Assembly: GCA_903838415.1 (NCBI GenBank)
Contig: CAILYI010000279.1
Coordinates: forward strand, 11,270-75,269
Direction: 5' to 3'
Length of the DNA: 64,000 nucleotides
Source: an uncultured Anaerolineae bacterium
GTDB taxonomy: Bacteria > Chloroflexota > Anaerolineae > Anaerolineales > Villigracilaceae
Shown here: in pieces, positions 1 to 10,594 of the stretch
Layout: each line of letters opens with the position of its first letter
How positions within the stretch are numbered: position 1 is the stretch's first letter
Translations under genes and position numbers: made by a program
The notes under the pieces: generated by a model
The model's input: the letters and a program-made list of their open reading frames with translations, nothing else
Told to the model about the DNA's origin: nothing
Database searches by the model: none

Positions 1-1751
1 CGTTTTGGGCTTTCATGTACCGGCTGAAAAACAGCCTGCTCAAACGCGTCTACATGATTTTCCCCGAACCTGAAGCCTCGCTGTTGGCCGGAATTTTGCT
101 CGGCGTGGATAACAACATCCCGGCTGATGTGCAGCAGGCCTTCAAAAATACCGGCACCTCGCACATTATCGCCATTTCAGGCTTTAACATTGCCATCATC
201 GCCGGTATTTTCGTGACCCTGTTCAGCCGTTTCTTTGGCAAGAATCTCGGCGCAATCCTGGCCATTCTCAGCATCAGCTTTTATACCTTATTGGTGGGAG
301 CAAGCGCCTCGGTGGTGCGCGCTGCCATCATGGGCGTGCTTTCCATTATCGCCATGCAGTTTGGACGGCGCAACCTGGCCTTGATTGCGCTGGCCGGGTC
401 GGCCTTTGTCATGGCGCTCTTCAATCCTTTTGTTTTGTGGGATGTTGGTTTTCAACTGTCCTTTGCGGCCACGCTCGGGCTGGTATTATACGCCCAGCCC
501 ATGCAGGATGCCGTCACCGCTTTTCTGATTCACTACTACCCCTTATCAAGCGTTGAAAAATTTGTCGCCCCGTTTTCCGATTACTTCCTGCTGACTCTGG
601 CCGCCCAAATCACCACGCTGCCGATCACCATTTATCACTTTGGGCGCATGTCGCTGGTTTCGTTTATTGCAAATCCGGTTGTCCTGCCGCCTCAACCGGC
701 GGTGATGGTGCTCAGCGGGCTGGCGGTGCTGCTCAGCCGCATCTACCTGCCGTTGGGACAGGTCATGGCTTGGGTGGCGTGGCCGTTTGCCGCTTACACC
801 ATCCGCATGGTGGAATTTTTTAATGGATTCCCGGGCGCAGTCCTGATCCTGGGCGATTTCAGCCTGCTGGCTGTGATCCTGATTTACGGGCTTTTGATCG
901 GACTCACCTTTGCCTGGGATCGCGTTAAGGGAGTTTTCACGCCCTTTGTGCTGATCTCCCTGCTGGCGGTGTTCAGCTTCCTGACCTGGCGTTCCGTTGT
1001 CAACGCCTCGGATGGCCGTTTGCATCTCACTTTTCTGGATGTGGGTTCTTCGGATGCGGTGCTGATCAAAACCCCCACCGGACGGTTTGTGCTGATCAAT
1101 GGTGGCGCCAGCCCCTCCGCGTTGGCGGATGCGCTCGGACGGCGGATTCCGCCCTTCAGCCGCGGTATCGACTATCTGGTGGTGGCCTCCACGCAGGAGA
1201 ATCAAGTCGCTGCGCTGCCGCGGACGCTGGAACAATACCGGCCGAAGTTGGTGTTGTGGTCCGGCAACAATCAGGCTTCGTTTTCTTCCCAATTGCTGGG
1301 AACGTGGCTGACTCAAAACCGTGTTCCGCTGCGGCTGGCGCGCCCTGGCGATGCGCTTGATTTGGGCGGCGGAGCGAAGTTGACCGTTTTGGCGGTTTCT
1401 GCCCGCGGCGCAATCCTCAGCGTGGAAATGGGAGGCTTCAAAGCCTTGTTACCGGTCGGTGTGAACCTTGACGCTTTAACGGCATTAAATAACGGCCAGG
1501 GTCTCGGCCCGCTGACTGCGCTGCTGCTTTCTGAAAGCGGCTACGCCCCGGCCAATCCGCCCGAGTGGCTGGCGAATCTCAAACCGCAGCTGACGATTCT
1601 GAGCGTCGCGGCGGGCGACCCGGATGGTCTGCCCGCGCCGGAACTTGTCACAGCGCAGAAAAATGTCAATTTAATGCGCACAGATGTTAACGGGTGGATT
1701 GATCTTGCCAGTGACGGCCAGGGCTTGTGGATCTCTGTCGAACGAAAATAA
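1..1751 (+). CDS. comEC: ComEC/Rec2-family DNA internalization protein, 5'-truncated by the window edge (competence domain plus C-terminal metallo-beta-lactamase-like domain)
   Basis: The frame is open from base 3. The polytopic membrane region 'SHIIAISGFNIAII' is typical of the ComEC competence domain. The C-terminal 'LTFLDVGSSDAVLIKTP...LINGG' segment is MBL-like. The usual N-terminal ~200 aa are missing. Confidence 0.85.
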   Translation, partial: FWAFMYRLKNSLLKRVYMIFPEPEASLLAGILLGVDNNIPADVQQAFKNTGTSHIIAISGFNIAIIAGIFVTLFSRFFGKNLGAILAILSISFYTLLVGASASVVRAAIMGVLSIIAMQFGRRNLALIALAGSAFVMALFNPFVLWDVGFQLSFAATLGLVLYAQPMQDAVTAFLIHYYPLSSVEKFVAPFSDYFLLTLAAQITTLPITIYHFGRMSLVSFIANPVVLPPQPAVMVLSGLAVLLSRIYLPLGQVMAWVAWPFAAYTIRMVEFFNGFPGAVLILGDFSLLAVILIYGLLIGLTFAWDRVKGVFTPFVLISLLAVFSFLTWRSVVNASDGRLHLTFLDVGSSDAVLIKTPTGRFVLINGGASPSALADALGRRIPPFSRGIDYLVVASTQENQVAALPRTLEQYRPKLVLWSGNNQASFSSQLLGTWLTQNRVPLRLARPGDALDLGGGAKLTVLAVSARGAILSVEMGGFKALLPVGVNLDALTALNNGQGLGPLTALLLSESGYAPANPPEWLANLKPQLTILSVAAGDPDGLPAPELVTAQKNVNLMRTDVNGWIDLASDGQGLWISVERK

Positions 1752-1864
1752 ACCCACAGCCGGGAAAATCATCGATTTTGTACATCCAATAATGACAATC
1801 ATCACTGTATTCGACCACATCGGAATGCTATAATTCTGCCGATCATTATCCAAAGGAGAAAAAA

Positions 1865-3268
1865 ATGACTTACCAATTGGTGAAAGTGCCCGAAGGTGGG
1901 GCAAAAATCAGTATCAAAGATGGCAAGCTTCAGGTTCCTGATAACCCGATTCTGCCATTCATCGAAGGTGATGGCACCGGGCGTGACATTTGGCGCGCGT
2001 CGGTGCGCGTGTTTGACGCGGCTGTGGAGAAAGCTTATGGCGGAAAACGCAAAATACATTGGATGGAAGTGTATGCCGGAGAAAAGGCCTTCCTTCAATT
2101 CCAGAACTGGCTGCCCGATGAGACCATCCAGGCCTTTACCGAATTTTTGGTGGGCATCAAGGGGCCGCTGACTACCCCGATTGGCGGCGGTATTCGCTCG
2201 CTGAACGTGGCCCTGCGCAAACTGCTCGATCTGTATGTTTGCCAGCGCCCGGTGCGTTATTACAACGGCGTGCCTTCGCCTGTCAAGCATCCCGAATATG
2301 TGGATATGGTGATTTTCCGCGAAAACACGGAAGATATTTATACCGGTATCGAGTTTGCTCATGGCACGGAAGAAAACAAAAAATTCAAAGAACTGTTCAA
2401 GGAAGCCTTCCCCAAGGAATATGCCAAGATGCGCTTCCCCGACACGGCGGGAATTGGCATCAAGCCGGTTTCTGTTGAAGGCACTGAGCGCCTGGTGCGC
2501 GCCGCCCTGCAATGGGCGCTGGATAACAATCGCAAGAGCGTGAACTTTGTCCACAAAGGCAATATTATGAAGTTCACCGAAGGCGCCTTCAAGGATTGGG
2601 GCTATGCCCTCGCCAAGCGCGAATTCCGCGATCAGATCGTGACCGAGCGTGAGTCATGGATTTTGGGCAACAAGGAAAAGAACGCCAATTTGAGTGTGGC
2701 AGAAAACGCCAAACAGATTGATCCCGGCTTCGATATGATGTCGCCCGCTCAACAGAACGACATCAAGGCTGAAGTGGAAGAAGCGCTCAAGTTGTGGGAT
2801 TCTCATGGCGATGGCAAGTGGAAATCCAAGCTGATGGTTAAGGATTCGATCGCTGACGTCAGCCTGCAATTCACCATCATCCGCCCCAAGGATTACGATG
2901 TGATCGCCACCCTCAACCTGAACGGCGACTACCTGTCAGACGCGTTGGCCGCACAGGTGGGCGGAATCGGAATCGCCCCTGGCGCCAACATCAACTACGT
3001 GACGGGTCACGCCATCTTTGAAGCCACCCACGGCACCGCACCCAAGTACGCCGACCTGGATAAGGTCAACCCCGGCTCCGTCATTCTCTCTGGCGAGATG
3101 ATGTTCCGCTACATGGGCTGGACGGAAGTTGCCGACTTGATCGTCAAAGGCATGGAAGGCGCGATCGCTGAAAAAATCGTCACCTACGACTTTGCCCGTT
3201 TGATGGATAATGCCACCGAAGTCAAATGCTCCGAGTTTGGCGACGCGATCATCAGGAACATGGGCTAA
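1865..3268 (+). CDS. icd: NADP-dependent isocitrate dehydrogenase (homodimeric prokaryotic type)
   Basis: 467 aa. Contains '[14 protein letters not shown]', '[21 protein letters not shown]' and '[25 protein letters not shown]'. GGAGA SD precedes the ATG. Confidence 0.95.
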   Translation: MTYQLVKVPEGGAKISIKDGKLQVPDNPILPFIEGDGTGRDIWRASVRVFDAAVEKAYGGKRKIHWMEVYAGEKAFLQFQNWLPDETIQAFTEFLVGIKGPLTTPIGGGIRSLNVALRKLLDLYVCQRPVRYYNGVPSPVKHPEYVDMVIFRENTEDIYTGIEFAHGTEENKKFKELFKEAFPKEYAKMRFPDTAGIGIKPVSVEGTERLVRAALQWALDNNRKSVNFVHKGNIMKFTEGAFKDWGYALAKREFRDQIVTERESWILGNKEKNANLSVAENAKQIDPGFDMMSPAQQNDIKAEVEEALKLWDSHGDGKWKSKLMVKDSIADVSLQFTIIRPKDYDVIATLNLNGDYLSDALAAQVGGIGIAPGANINYVTGHAIFEATHGTAPKYADLDKVNPGSVILSGEMMFRYMGWTEVADLIVKGMEGAIAEKIVTYDFARLMDNATEVKCSEFGDAIIRNMG

Positions 3269-3291
3269 TCTGCCCATTTAGAAAGTTAAAA

Positions 3292-3325
3292 ATCTACCGC
3301 TCATCAAAGGAGCGGTAGATTTTTT
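3292..3325 (+). terminator. Rho-independent terminator of icd
   Basis: Perfect 10-bp stem atctaccgct/agcggtagat with a 9-nt loop, followed by TTTTT. Confidence 0.85.
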
Positions 3326-3430
3326 AAGTCGGATTTCTCGGCGCTAAAAGGTCATGGCAGTTAAAGCAAAAGCGGCCCAAAAGGCCGCTTGATTGGCAAG
3401 AATAGATTCACCCGAACCTGGCAGGTCAGC

Positions 3431-3571
3431 CTATTTCTCAGGGGTCTGCGCTGTATTCTCTGTGGACTGAACAGGTTTCTTACTGACCTTGCTTTTGATC
3501 TTTTGATCCTTTTTCTTTTTCTTTTCCAACTCTCTCTGGCGCTTTTCTTGTTTGTAGTTTACTTGTGGCAA
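3431..3571 (-). CDS. Possible small lysine-rich protein (46 aa, TTG start); hypothetical
   Basis: In-frame TTG sits 8 nt after GGAAGGG. The product is 'PQVNYKQEKRQRELEKKKKKDQKIKSKVSKKPVQ...'. A hairpin agcggcc/ggccgct (3371-3389) lies downstream on the minus strand. The sequence is low complexity, so coding status is uncertain. Confidence 0.25.
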   Translation of the reverse strand: MPQVNYKQEKRQRELEKKKKKDQKIKSKVSKKPVQSTENTAQTPEK

Positions 3572-3832
3572 TGGATTATCCCTTCCTTTGATTGTGCCGC
3601 AAAAGCGGTGATTGTAAGATATACAGATATTATGCCATAGAAATGCGTTATTTTCTCTTTTTCGTAAGGATTGCGCCCTGGATGGCGGCGTCAGTCGATG
3701 ATCTCGACAGATCACGCCGGTTGAAAGAGACGCAAAATCAGATTCGCTTAATTGTCATACAATGTGATATACTCTTCCGGCTCATGAAACAAGAGTAAAT
3801 GCTTGGGACAATGTTTTGATATTCCGATTGAT

Positions 3833-3863
3833 TGCCCGCTGCACCAGGGATCGGGCATTTTTG
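3833..3863 (+). terminator. Terminator-like or attenuator hairpin in the long region upstream of the DEAD-box helicase gene
   Basis: Stem TGCCCG/CGGGCA with a 13-nt loop, followed by TTTTTG. It lies ~155 nt upstream of the helicase start. Confidence 0.4.
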
Positions 3864-4017
3864 TTGCTAGGATAAACGTCGAAGCGACGTAAATCCGCAG
3901 GGACGGTTCGCCCGTGAGGGCCAACCGATGCATGCAAGAATTTGACGGAGTCATCAGAACGTTCCCTTTTTCCGTGGCGTCCCACTGGGACGGGCACGAA
4001 CATTATTAGGAGTTTTG

Positions 4018-5745
4018 ATGACAACCGAATTTAATATCTTTAACCTGCGCCCGGAACTGGTGCAGGCCATTACTGCGCTTGGTTATGTGGAACCCACCCC
4101 CATCCAGGCTGGCATGATCCCGCTCATGCTGACCGGCGTCGACGTGATCGGCCAGGCTCAAACTGGCACCGGTAAGACCGCCGCCTTCGCCCTCCCCATT
4201 TTGAACAATTTAGAAACCGGCTTGCGAGCGCCCCAGGCGCTTGTTATGGCTCCGACTCGCGAACTGGCTTTGCAGGTGGCTGATGCAATGACCACCTTCG
4301 GGCAATTCTGCCGCGTCAGAGTCCTGCCTGTCTATGGCGGCGCACCCTACATCAAACAAATTAACGAGCTCAAACGTGGCGTGGATATCGTCGTTGGCAC
4401 GCCCGGACGTTTGATTGACCTGATGAAGCGCGGCGTGCTCGACCTCAGCATGGTTCGCACGCTGGTCCTGGACGAAGCTGATGAAATGCTCAGCATGGGC
4501 TTCATCGAAGACATCGAAACCATCATGGCGGCCACGCCCGTTGAGCGACAGACCGCTCTCTTTTCTGCCACCATGCCCACGCCCATTCGCCGCCTGGCGG
4601 ATAAATACATGCGCGATCCGCAGTCGGTCACGATTACGCGCGCGCAGGTGACGGTGGAAGGTACCGAACAGCGCTACTATATGGTCAATGAGCATGAAAA
4701 AGCCGCAGTATTAACGCGACTTTTCGAAGTGGAGGAAATCTCTTCGGCTTTGATTTTTGTCCGCACCCGCGCCGGAACCGGAGAACTGGCCAATGCGCTC
4801 TCCGTCCGGGGCTTTGCTTCCGAAGTGCTGAATGGGGATCTCAATCAGGATGCCCGCGAGCGCACCCTGAGCCGCTTCCGCGCCGGACAGATCAAGGTGC
4901 TCGTGGCGACAGATGTTGCCGCGCGCGGCTTGGATATTGACGATATTTCCCACGTTTTCAACTACGATCTGCCCGATGATCCTGAAATCTACGTTCATCG
5001 TGTGGGACGCACCGGCCGCGCCGGAAAAACCGGTATCGCCATTTCGTTGGTGCCGCTTTCTGAGAAGCGCCGTTTAAAGGATATTGAACGCTTTACCCGC
5101 TCGAAGCTGGTTCAGGGTACCATTCCCACCGTCGAGGAAATCGTTGCCCGCCGCGAAAACGAACTGACCAATCAGATCACCGTCTGGCTGACGCGTGGAC
5201 GCTGCAAGACGGAACGCACCATCGTCGAAAAGCTGGTCGCTAATGGCGTGGATCCGCTCGAAATCGCCGCTGTTGCCCTGAAAATTGCGCGTGGCGATGA
5301 AAAGCAGCGCCCGATTGCGCCGATCAGCGAACTTGTCGAAACCCGTTCCACCCGCCCGGTGCGCGGTGGCCTGCGCCGCGATTCTGGCGAGAAACGTCCT
5401 TATGCTGAAAAACGTGCCTTTGGTGGCGAAAAGAGCAGCTTTGAGCGCCCGGCCCATTCCGTGCGCCGCGAAGGGTTCCCGCGTGCCAAATTTGGTGGCA
5501 CATCCAACGAGCCGGGCATGGTCCGCATGACCATGAGCATGGGCAAAGAACACGGAATTCGTCCATCCGATGTGGTTGGCGCGATCGCCTACCACGCCGA
5601 CATCCCTGGCAACACGATCGGCAAGATTTTTATCGAAGATCAACATACCCTGGTCGATGTTCCGGAACAGTTTGTCAACCAGGTGCTGGCCAAGGCTGGC
5701 AAGTACAGCATCCGCAAGCAGGCTTTTACGGTCGAAAAGGCATAA
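4018..5745 (+). CDS. deaD: DEAD-box ATP-dependent RNA helicase (DeaD/CsdA-like) with a C-terminal DbpA-type RNA-binding domain
   Basis: Q-motif 'PTPIQ', Walker A 'AQTGTGKT', 'VLDEADEML', 'SAT' and 'HRVGRTGRAG'. The C-terminal 'RMTMSMGKEHGIRPSDVVGAI' is DbpA-like. AGGAG lies 5 nt before the ATG at 4018; the ORF track starts at a TTG at 4015. Confidence 0.93.
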   Translation: MTTEFNIFNLRPELVQAITALGYVEPTPIQAGMIPLMLTGVDVIGQAQTGTGKTAAFALPILNNLETGLRAPQALVMAPTRELALQVADAMTTFGQFCRVRVLPVYGGAPYIKQINELKRGVDIVVGTPGRLIDLMKRGVLDLSMVRTLVLDEADEMLSMGFIEDIETIMAATPVERQTALFSATMPTPIRRLADKYMRDPQSVTITRAQVTVEGTEQRYYMVNEHEKAAVLTRLFEVEEISSALIFVRTRAGTGELANALSVRGFASEVLNGDLNQDARERTLSRFRAGQIKVLVATDVAARGLDIDDISHVFNYDLPDDPEIYVHRVGRTGRAGKTGIAISLVPLSEKRRLKDIERFTRSKLVQGTIPTVEEIVARRENELTNQITVWLTRGRCKTERTIVEKLVANGVDPLEIAAVALKIARGDEKQRPIAPISELVETRSTRPVRGGLRRDSGEKRPYAEKRAFGGEKSSFERPAHSVRREGFPRAKFGGTSNEPGMVRMTMSMGKEHGIRPSDVVGAIAYHADIPGNTIGKIFIEDQHTLVDVPEQFVNQVLAKAGKYSIRKQAFTVEKA

Positions 5746-5770
5746 AAAAGTAAAGAGTAAAAAGAAAAAA

Positions 5771-5796
5771 GCAGAGGCCGCGTGCCTCTGCTTTTT
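5771..5796. terminator. Bidirectional intrinsic terminator between the convergent deaD and ppgK genes
   Basis: Stem gcagaggc/gcctctgc flanked by an A-run upstream and a T-run downstream. Confidence 0.8.
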
Positions 5797-5812
5797 GATT
5801 CATTCCAGCGTC

Positions 5813-6550
5813 TTATTTTTTCAAACTTGCCGCCAGCGCCGCGCCGACGATGCCCGCTTCGTTCAAAAACTGCGCCGGGGTGATCGGTGTCTCCACCGTC
5901 AGCAGCGGAAGATACTTCTCGTGCTCCTTGCTGATTCCGCCGCCGATGATGAATAAATCCGGCCAGAATAGCTTTTCCATTTGAAACATGTAGCGGTCCA
6001 GGCGTTTGGCATATTTTTTCCACGAAAGCTCATCACGCTGACGGGCCGCATCGGAGGCGCCTGCCTCGGCATCCTCTCCATTGATTTGAAGATGACCAAA
6101 TTCGGTGTTGGGAATTAACTTCCCGCCATGAAAAATTGCCGAGCCGATTCCCGTTCCCAGCGTCAGCATGATGACGGTACCATACTGACCTTTGCCCGCC
6201 CCAAAAGTCATTTCTGCCAGTCCGGCCACATCCGCATCATTGCCCATCGACACTTCACAGCCGGTGGCTTTTGTGAGCAAGTCGTCCGCATTGATGCCAA
6301 CCCAGGCCGGGGAGATGTTGGCCGCCATCCTGATAATACTGTGCTTGATCGGCGCCGGGAATCCGATGCCCACCGGCCCGGTCCACTCAAAGTATTTGAC
6401 AATTTCCGTCACGACCCCGGCAACGGCCTCTGGCTCCGCGCCTTTTGGGGTTTTCAGCCGAAAACGGTCCACCGTCAGCATGCCGGTCTTGGTGTTGACC
6501 GGTGCGCCTTTGATGCCTGATCCACCCACATCGATGCCAAGAACTTCCAT
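5813..6550 (-). CDS. ppgK: Polyphosphate glucokinase (ROK family)
   Basis: Contains '[15 protein letters not shown]', '[10 protein letters not shown]', '[10 protein letters not shown]', 'NTEFGHL' and 'GGGISK', close to actinobacterial PpgK. GGAGG lies 5 nt before the ATG at 6550. Confidence 0.88.
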   Translation of the reverse strand: MEVLGIDVGGSGIKGAPVNTKTGMLTVDRFRLKTPKGAEPEAVAGVVTEIVKYFEWTGPVGIGFPAPIKHSIIRMAANISPAWVGINADDLLTKATGCEVSMGNDADVAGLAEMTFGAGKGQYGTVIMLTLGTGIGSAIFHGGKLIPNTEFGHLQINGEDAEAGASDAARQRDELSWKKYAKRLDRYMFQMEKLFWPDLFIIGGGISKEHEKYLPLLTVETPITPAQFLNEAGIVGAALAASLKK

Positions 6551-6662
6551 ACACACCTCCCGAATGAGTAATATGAATTATTTTACATCGACATTCGGCG
6601 AATGTGTAATTTAAAAAAATAAAGGGCAGATTGCTATCTGCCCTTGTGGGTTTGCCTGGAAT

Positions 6663-7838
<1,176 letters not shown>

Positions 7839-7901
7839 GGTTCCTCCTCAGGAACATTACATCAACCAATCGAATGATTTCTATAATCCTATGGATTTTC
7901 G

Positions 7902-8915
7902 CTAAAGTTGGATGCTGGAGTTATCCCCGATGTTGACCGTCTTGGGATGACCCTCCACCTTGGCATGCCGGCCGATAAACGAGCCAGTTAGCACTGAATC
8001 GGTGACAGCCGCACCGTCATCCAGAATGCTGTTGCGGATGACGCAGCCGTGCACTTCGCAATCTGCGCTGACGGAAACGTGCGGCCCAACGACCGACTCT
8101 TCCACCTTGGCTGATGGGTGAATATACACTGGCGGGACGATGGTCACGCCAGCCCGTTTTTCGGCTTCGGCAGAGTTGTCACGCCCGTGCTCGAGCATGT
8201 AAGTGTTTGTTTCGAGCGTGGCTTCAATCGTGCCGGTATCCAGCCAGACGTCCACGCTGTTGGTGCGCATCTGCGCGCCATAATCGATCATGATGTTAAT
8301 GGCATCCACCAAAAAGTATTCGCCCTTCAACTGGATGTCACGCTTCATCTGTTCGTTGATGGCCGCCACCAGGTTTTCACCCTTTTTGAAATAGTAACAA
8401 CCCACCAGCGCCAGGTTATTTTCCATCGTTTGCGGCTTTTCGATCAGGCGGATGATGCCGCCCTCTTGATTGATTTCGGCCACCCCAAAGCGGCGCGGAT
8501 CGGGGACGGCTTTCACCCAGGCCACCCCGTCGCTTTTTTCGGTTGCCAGGAAGGAAAAATCTGTCTCGAGCAGGGTATCGGAAAAAACCATGATGGTGGG
8601 TCCGCTCAATAAATGGCGCGCCAGCCACAGGGCGTGGCTTTGTCCCTTCATCTCTTCCTGAACGATATAGTGGGCTTTTACTTCCGGATAATTTTTCTTG
8701 ACGTAAATCGGGATTTGTTCTCCCAGGAACGGTCCAATGATGAAAATGTATTCCGTGTTTTTGGGGTTGGGGATGGATTGGAACATATCCATCAGGTGAT
8801 CGAAGGATGGTTTTCCGGCCACGCCGACCAGCGGCTTGGGCTTGCTCCAGGTGTGCGGACGCATGCGCGTGCCCCAGCCCGCCATTGGGATGACAATTTT
8901 CAGTGTGTCAGACAA
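7902..8915 (-). CDS. Sugar-phosphate nucleotidyltransferase with a C-terminal left-handed beta-helix
   Basis: The N-terminus 'IPMAGWGTRMRP...KPLVGVAGKP' carries the NTP-transferase signature. The C-terminus has hexapeptide-like repeats. TTG start sits 6 nt after GGAGG. Confidence 0.8.
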   Translation of the reverse strand: MSDTLKIVIPMAGWGTRMRPHTWSKPKPLVGVAGKPSFDHLMDMFQSIPNPKNTEYIFIIGPFLGEQIPIYVKKNYPEVKAHYIVQEEMKGQSHALWLARHLLSGPTIMVFSDTLLETDFSFLATEKSDGVAWVKAVPDPRRFGVAEINQEGGIIRLIEKPQTMENNLALVGCYYFKKGENLVAAINEQMKRDIQLKGEYFLVDAINIMIDYGAQMRTNSVDVWLDTGTIEATLETNTYMLEHGRDNSAEAEKRAGVTIVPPVYIHPSAKVEESVVGPHVSVSADCEVHGCVIRNSILDDGAAVTDSVLTGSFIGRHAKVEGHPKTVNIGDNSSIQL

Positions 8916-8973
8916 GGTTTTCCTCCTGTGAAAGGCTTGAGTTTATTTTACCTTTTAAAGTGAAGTTTTTGAG

Positions 8974-9537
8974 TTAGCGATACACCAAGAGACCCAGTAC
9001 TGCCGCGGCAATCACCAGAAACACCGGGTTGATATCCGTAAAGGTCAGAATGCCGAAGGAAACCCCGGCGATCAGAACGCCATCCCAATGCTGACTCAGC
9101 GCCTGTCCCCAGCCGAGTTTTTTGGCGCCCAGCACCGAGTAGGACATATTGTAAGCCGTCCAGATCAGCAGGCCAATAATCACCGGGCGGACGGCAGTCA
9201 GCATGGCGGCGACGGTTGGGCTGTCTTTGATGCCGAAGAAGAAAATAATCATGAGCAGCATCAAAAGCGTTGTCGGCAGGACGGTTCCGGTGACGGCTGA
9301 AACTGCTCCGGGCAGGCCCACCAGTTTGTAGCCGATATAGGCCGAAACCTGCGGCGCAATCGGTCCCGGCAGGGCGTTGCCCACCGCCAGGGCATCGGCA
9401 AACTCATCGGGTGTCACCCAACCGGCGCTGACCACTTCGCGCTGCATCAATCCCATTGACGCCGGGCCTCCTCCCCACGAAAACAGGGCCACGCGGCTGA
9501 ACACGATAAACAGGTCCCAGATGAGTTTCCAATTCAT
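8974..9537 (-). CDS. Chromate transporter (CHR) family protein, single half-size unit
   Basis: 187 aa polytopic protein. 'FSWGGGPASMGLMQREVV' is typical of the ChrA family. Confidence 0.75.
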   Translation of the reverse strand: MNWKLIWDLFIVFSRVALFSWGGGPASMGLMQREVVSAGWVTPDEFADALAVGNALPGPIAPQVSAYIGYKLVGLPGAVSAVTGTVLPTTLLMLLMIIFFFGIKDSPTVAAMLTAVRPVIIGLLIWTAYNMSYSVLGAKKLGWGQALSQHWDGVLIAGVSFGILTFTDINPVFLVIAAAVLGLLVYR

Positions 9538-9561
9538 GTTGATGTGTATCCTACGACAAGA

Positions 9562-10545
9562 TTACGAATGTCCCAGTACGGGATGAGGCTGGTAGGGTTC
9601 CTCCAGCTGTTTGATTTCGTCGACCGAAAGCTTGATTTCCAGCGCGGCAATGGCCTGATCGAGATGATCCAGCTTGCTCGCGCCGATAATCGGCGCCGTG
9701 ATATGCGATTTGTTCAACATCCAGGCCAGGGCGATCTGTGAGCCGGTCGCGTTGTGTCCGCCCGCCAGCTCTTGTGCTCTCTCCGCCACGATAAAATCCC
9801 CATCGCGGAAATAAAGCTGATCGGCAAAGGGATCGTTTTGGGCGCGGGTGGTTTCGCCGCCGCCCGATTTGCTGCGATTTCCGGCAAAAAAGCCGCGCGC
9901 CATCGGGCTCCACGGAATCAACCCCACGCCCTGATCGACGCAAAACGGGATCATCTCGCGTTCTTCTTCGCGGTAGACCAGGTTGTAGTGATTTTGCATC
10001 GAGACAAAGCGCGTCCAGCCGTGTAAATCGGCGTTGTACTGCGCCTTGGCAAACTGCCAGGCCGACATGGACGAGGCGCCGATGTAGCGCGCTTTGCCAG
10101 CCCGGACAACGTCATTTAATGCTTCCATCGTTTCTTCGATCGGAACTTCATAATCCCAGCGATGGATCTGGTACAAATCGACATAATCCATTTGCAGGCG
10201 GCGCAGCGATTTGTCGATCGAATCCATGATATGTTTGCGTGAGAGGCCGCGATCGTTAATATCGTCGCTCATCACACCGTTGACCTTGGTGGCGACAACG
10301 ACATTTTCGCGCTTCACACCCAGTTTTTTGAGCAAATTCCCGGTGATTTTTTCGCTCTCTCCGAGCGAGTAGACATCCGCCGTATCGAAAAAGTTGATCC
10401 CGGCCTCCAGCGCACGGCGGACAAACGGCTCGGCTTGTTTTTCATCCAAAACCCAGGGGCGCCAAGTTGTCGCGCCATAAGTCATCATGCCCAGGCACAG
10501 GCGCGAAACTTTCAAACCGCTCTTGCCAAGTCTACCGTATTGCAT
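9562..10545 (-). CDS. Aldo/keto reductase
   Basis: Contains 'MQYGRLGKSGLKVSRLCLGMMTYG', 'INFFDTADVY' and 'YIGASS'. GGAGG lies 5 nt before the ATG at 10545. Confidence 0.88.
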   Translation of the reverse strand: MQYGRLGKSGLKVSRLCLGMMTYGATTWRPWVLDEKQAEPFVRRALEAGINFFDTADVYSLGESEKITGNLLKKLGVKRENVVVATKVNGVMSDDINDRGLSRKHIMDSIDKSLRRLQMDYVDLYQIHRWDYEVPIEETMEALNDVVRAGKARYIGASSMSAWQFAKAQYNADLHGWTRFVSMQNHYNLVYREEEREMIPFCVDQGVGLIPWSPMARGFFAGNRSKSGGGETTRAQNDPFADQLYFRDGDFIVAERAQELAGGHNATGSQIALAWMLNKSHITAPIIGASKLDHLDQAIAALEIKLSVDEIKQLEEPYQPHPVLGHS

Positions 10546-10594
10546 ATTTTCCTCCAGAGACACCAGTTCTTGGGGTCTGTTTCATTATAATTTT

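Noticed and set aside
3592-3798. 68-aa + strand ORF in the icd-deaD spacer, and the minus ORFs at 3748-4024
   Set aside because: There are no SDs and the compositions are unconvincing. They overlap predicted RNA hairpins. The region is treated as non-coding leader.
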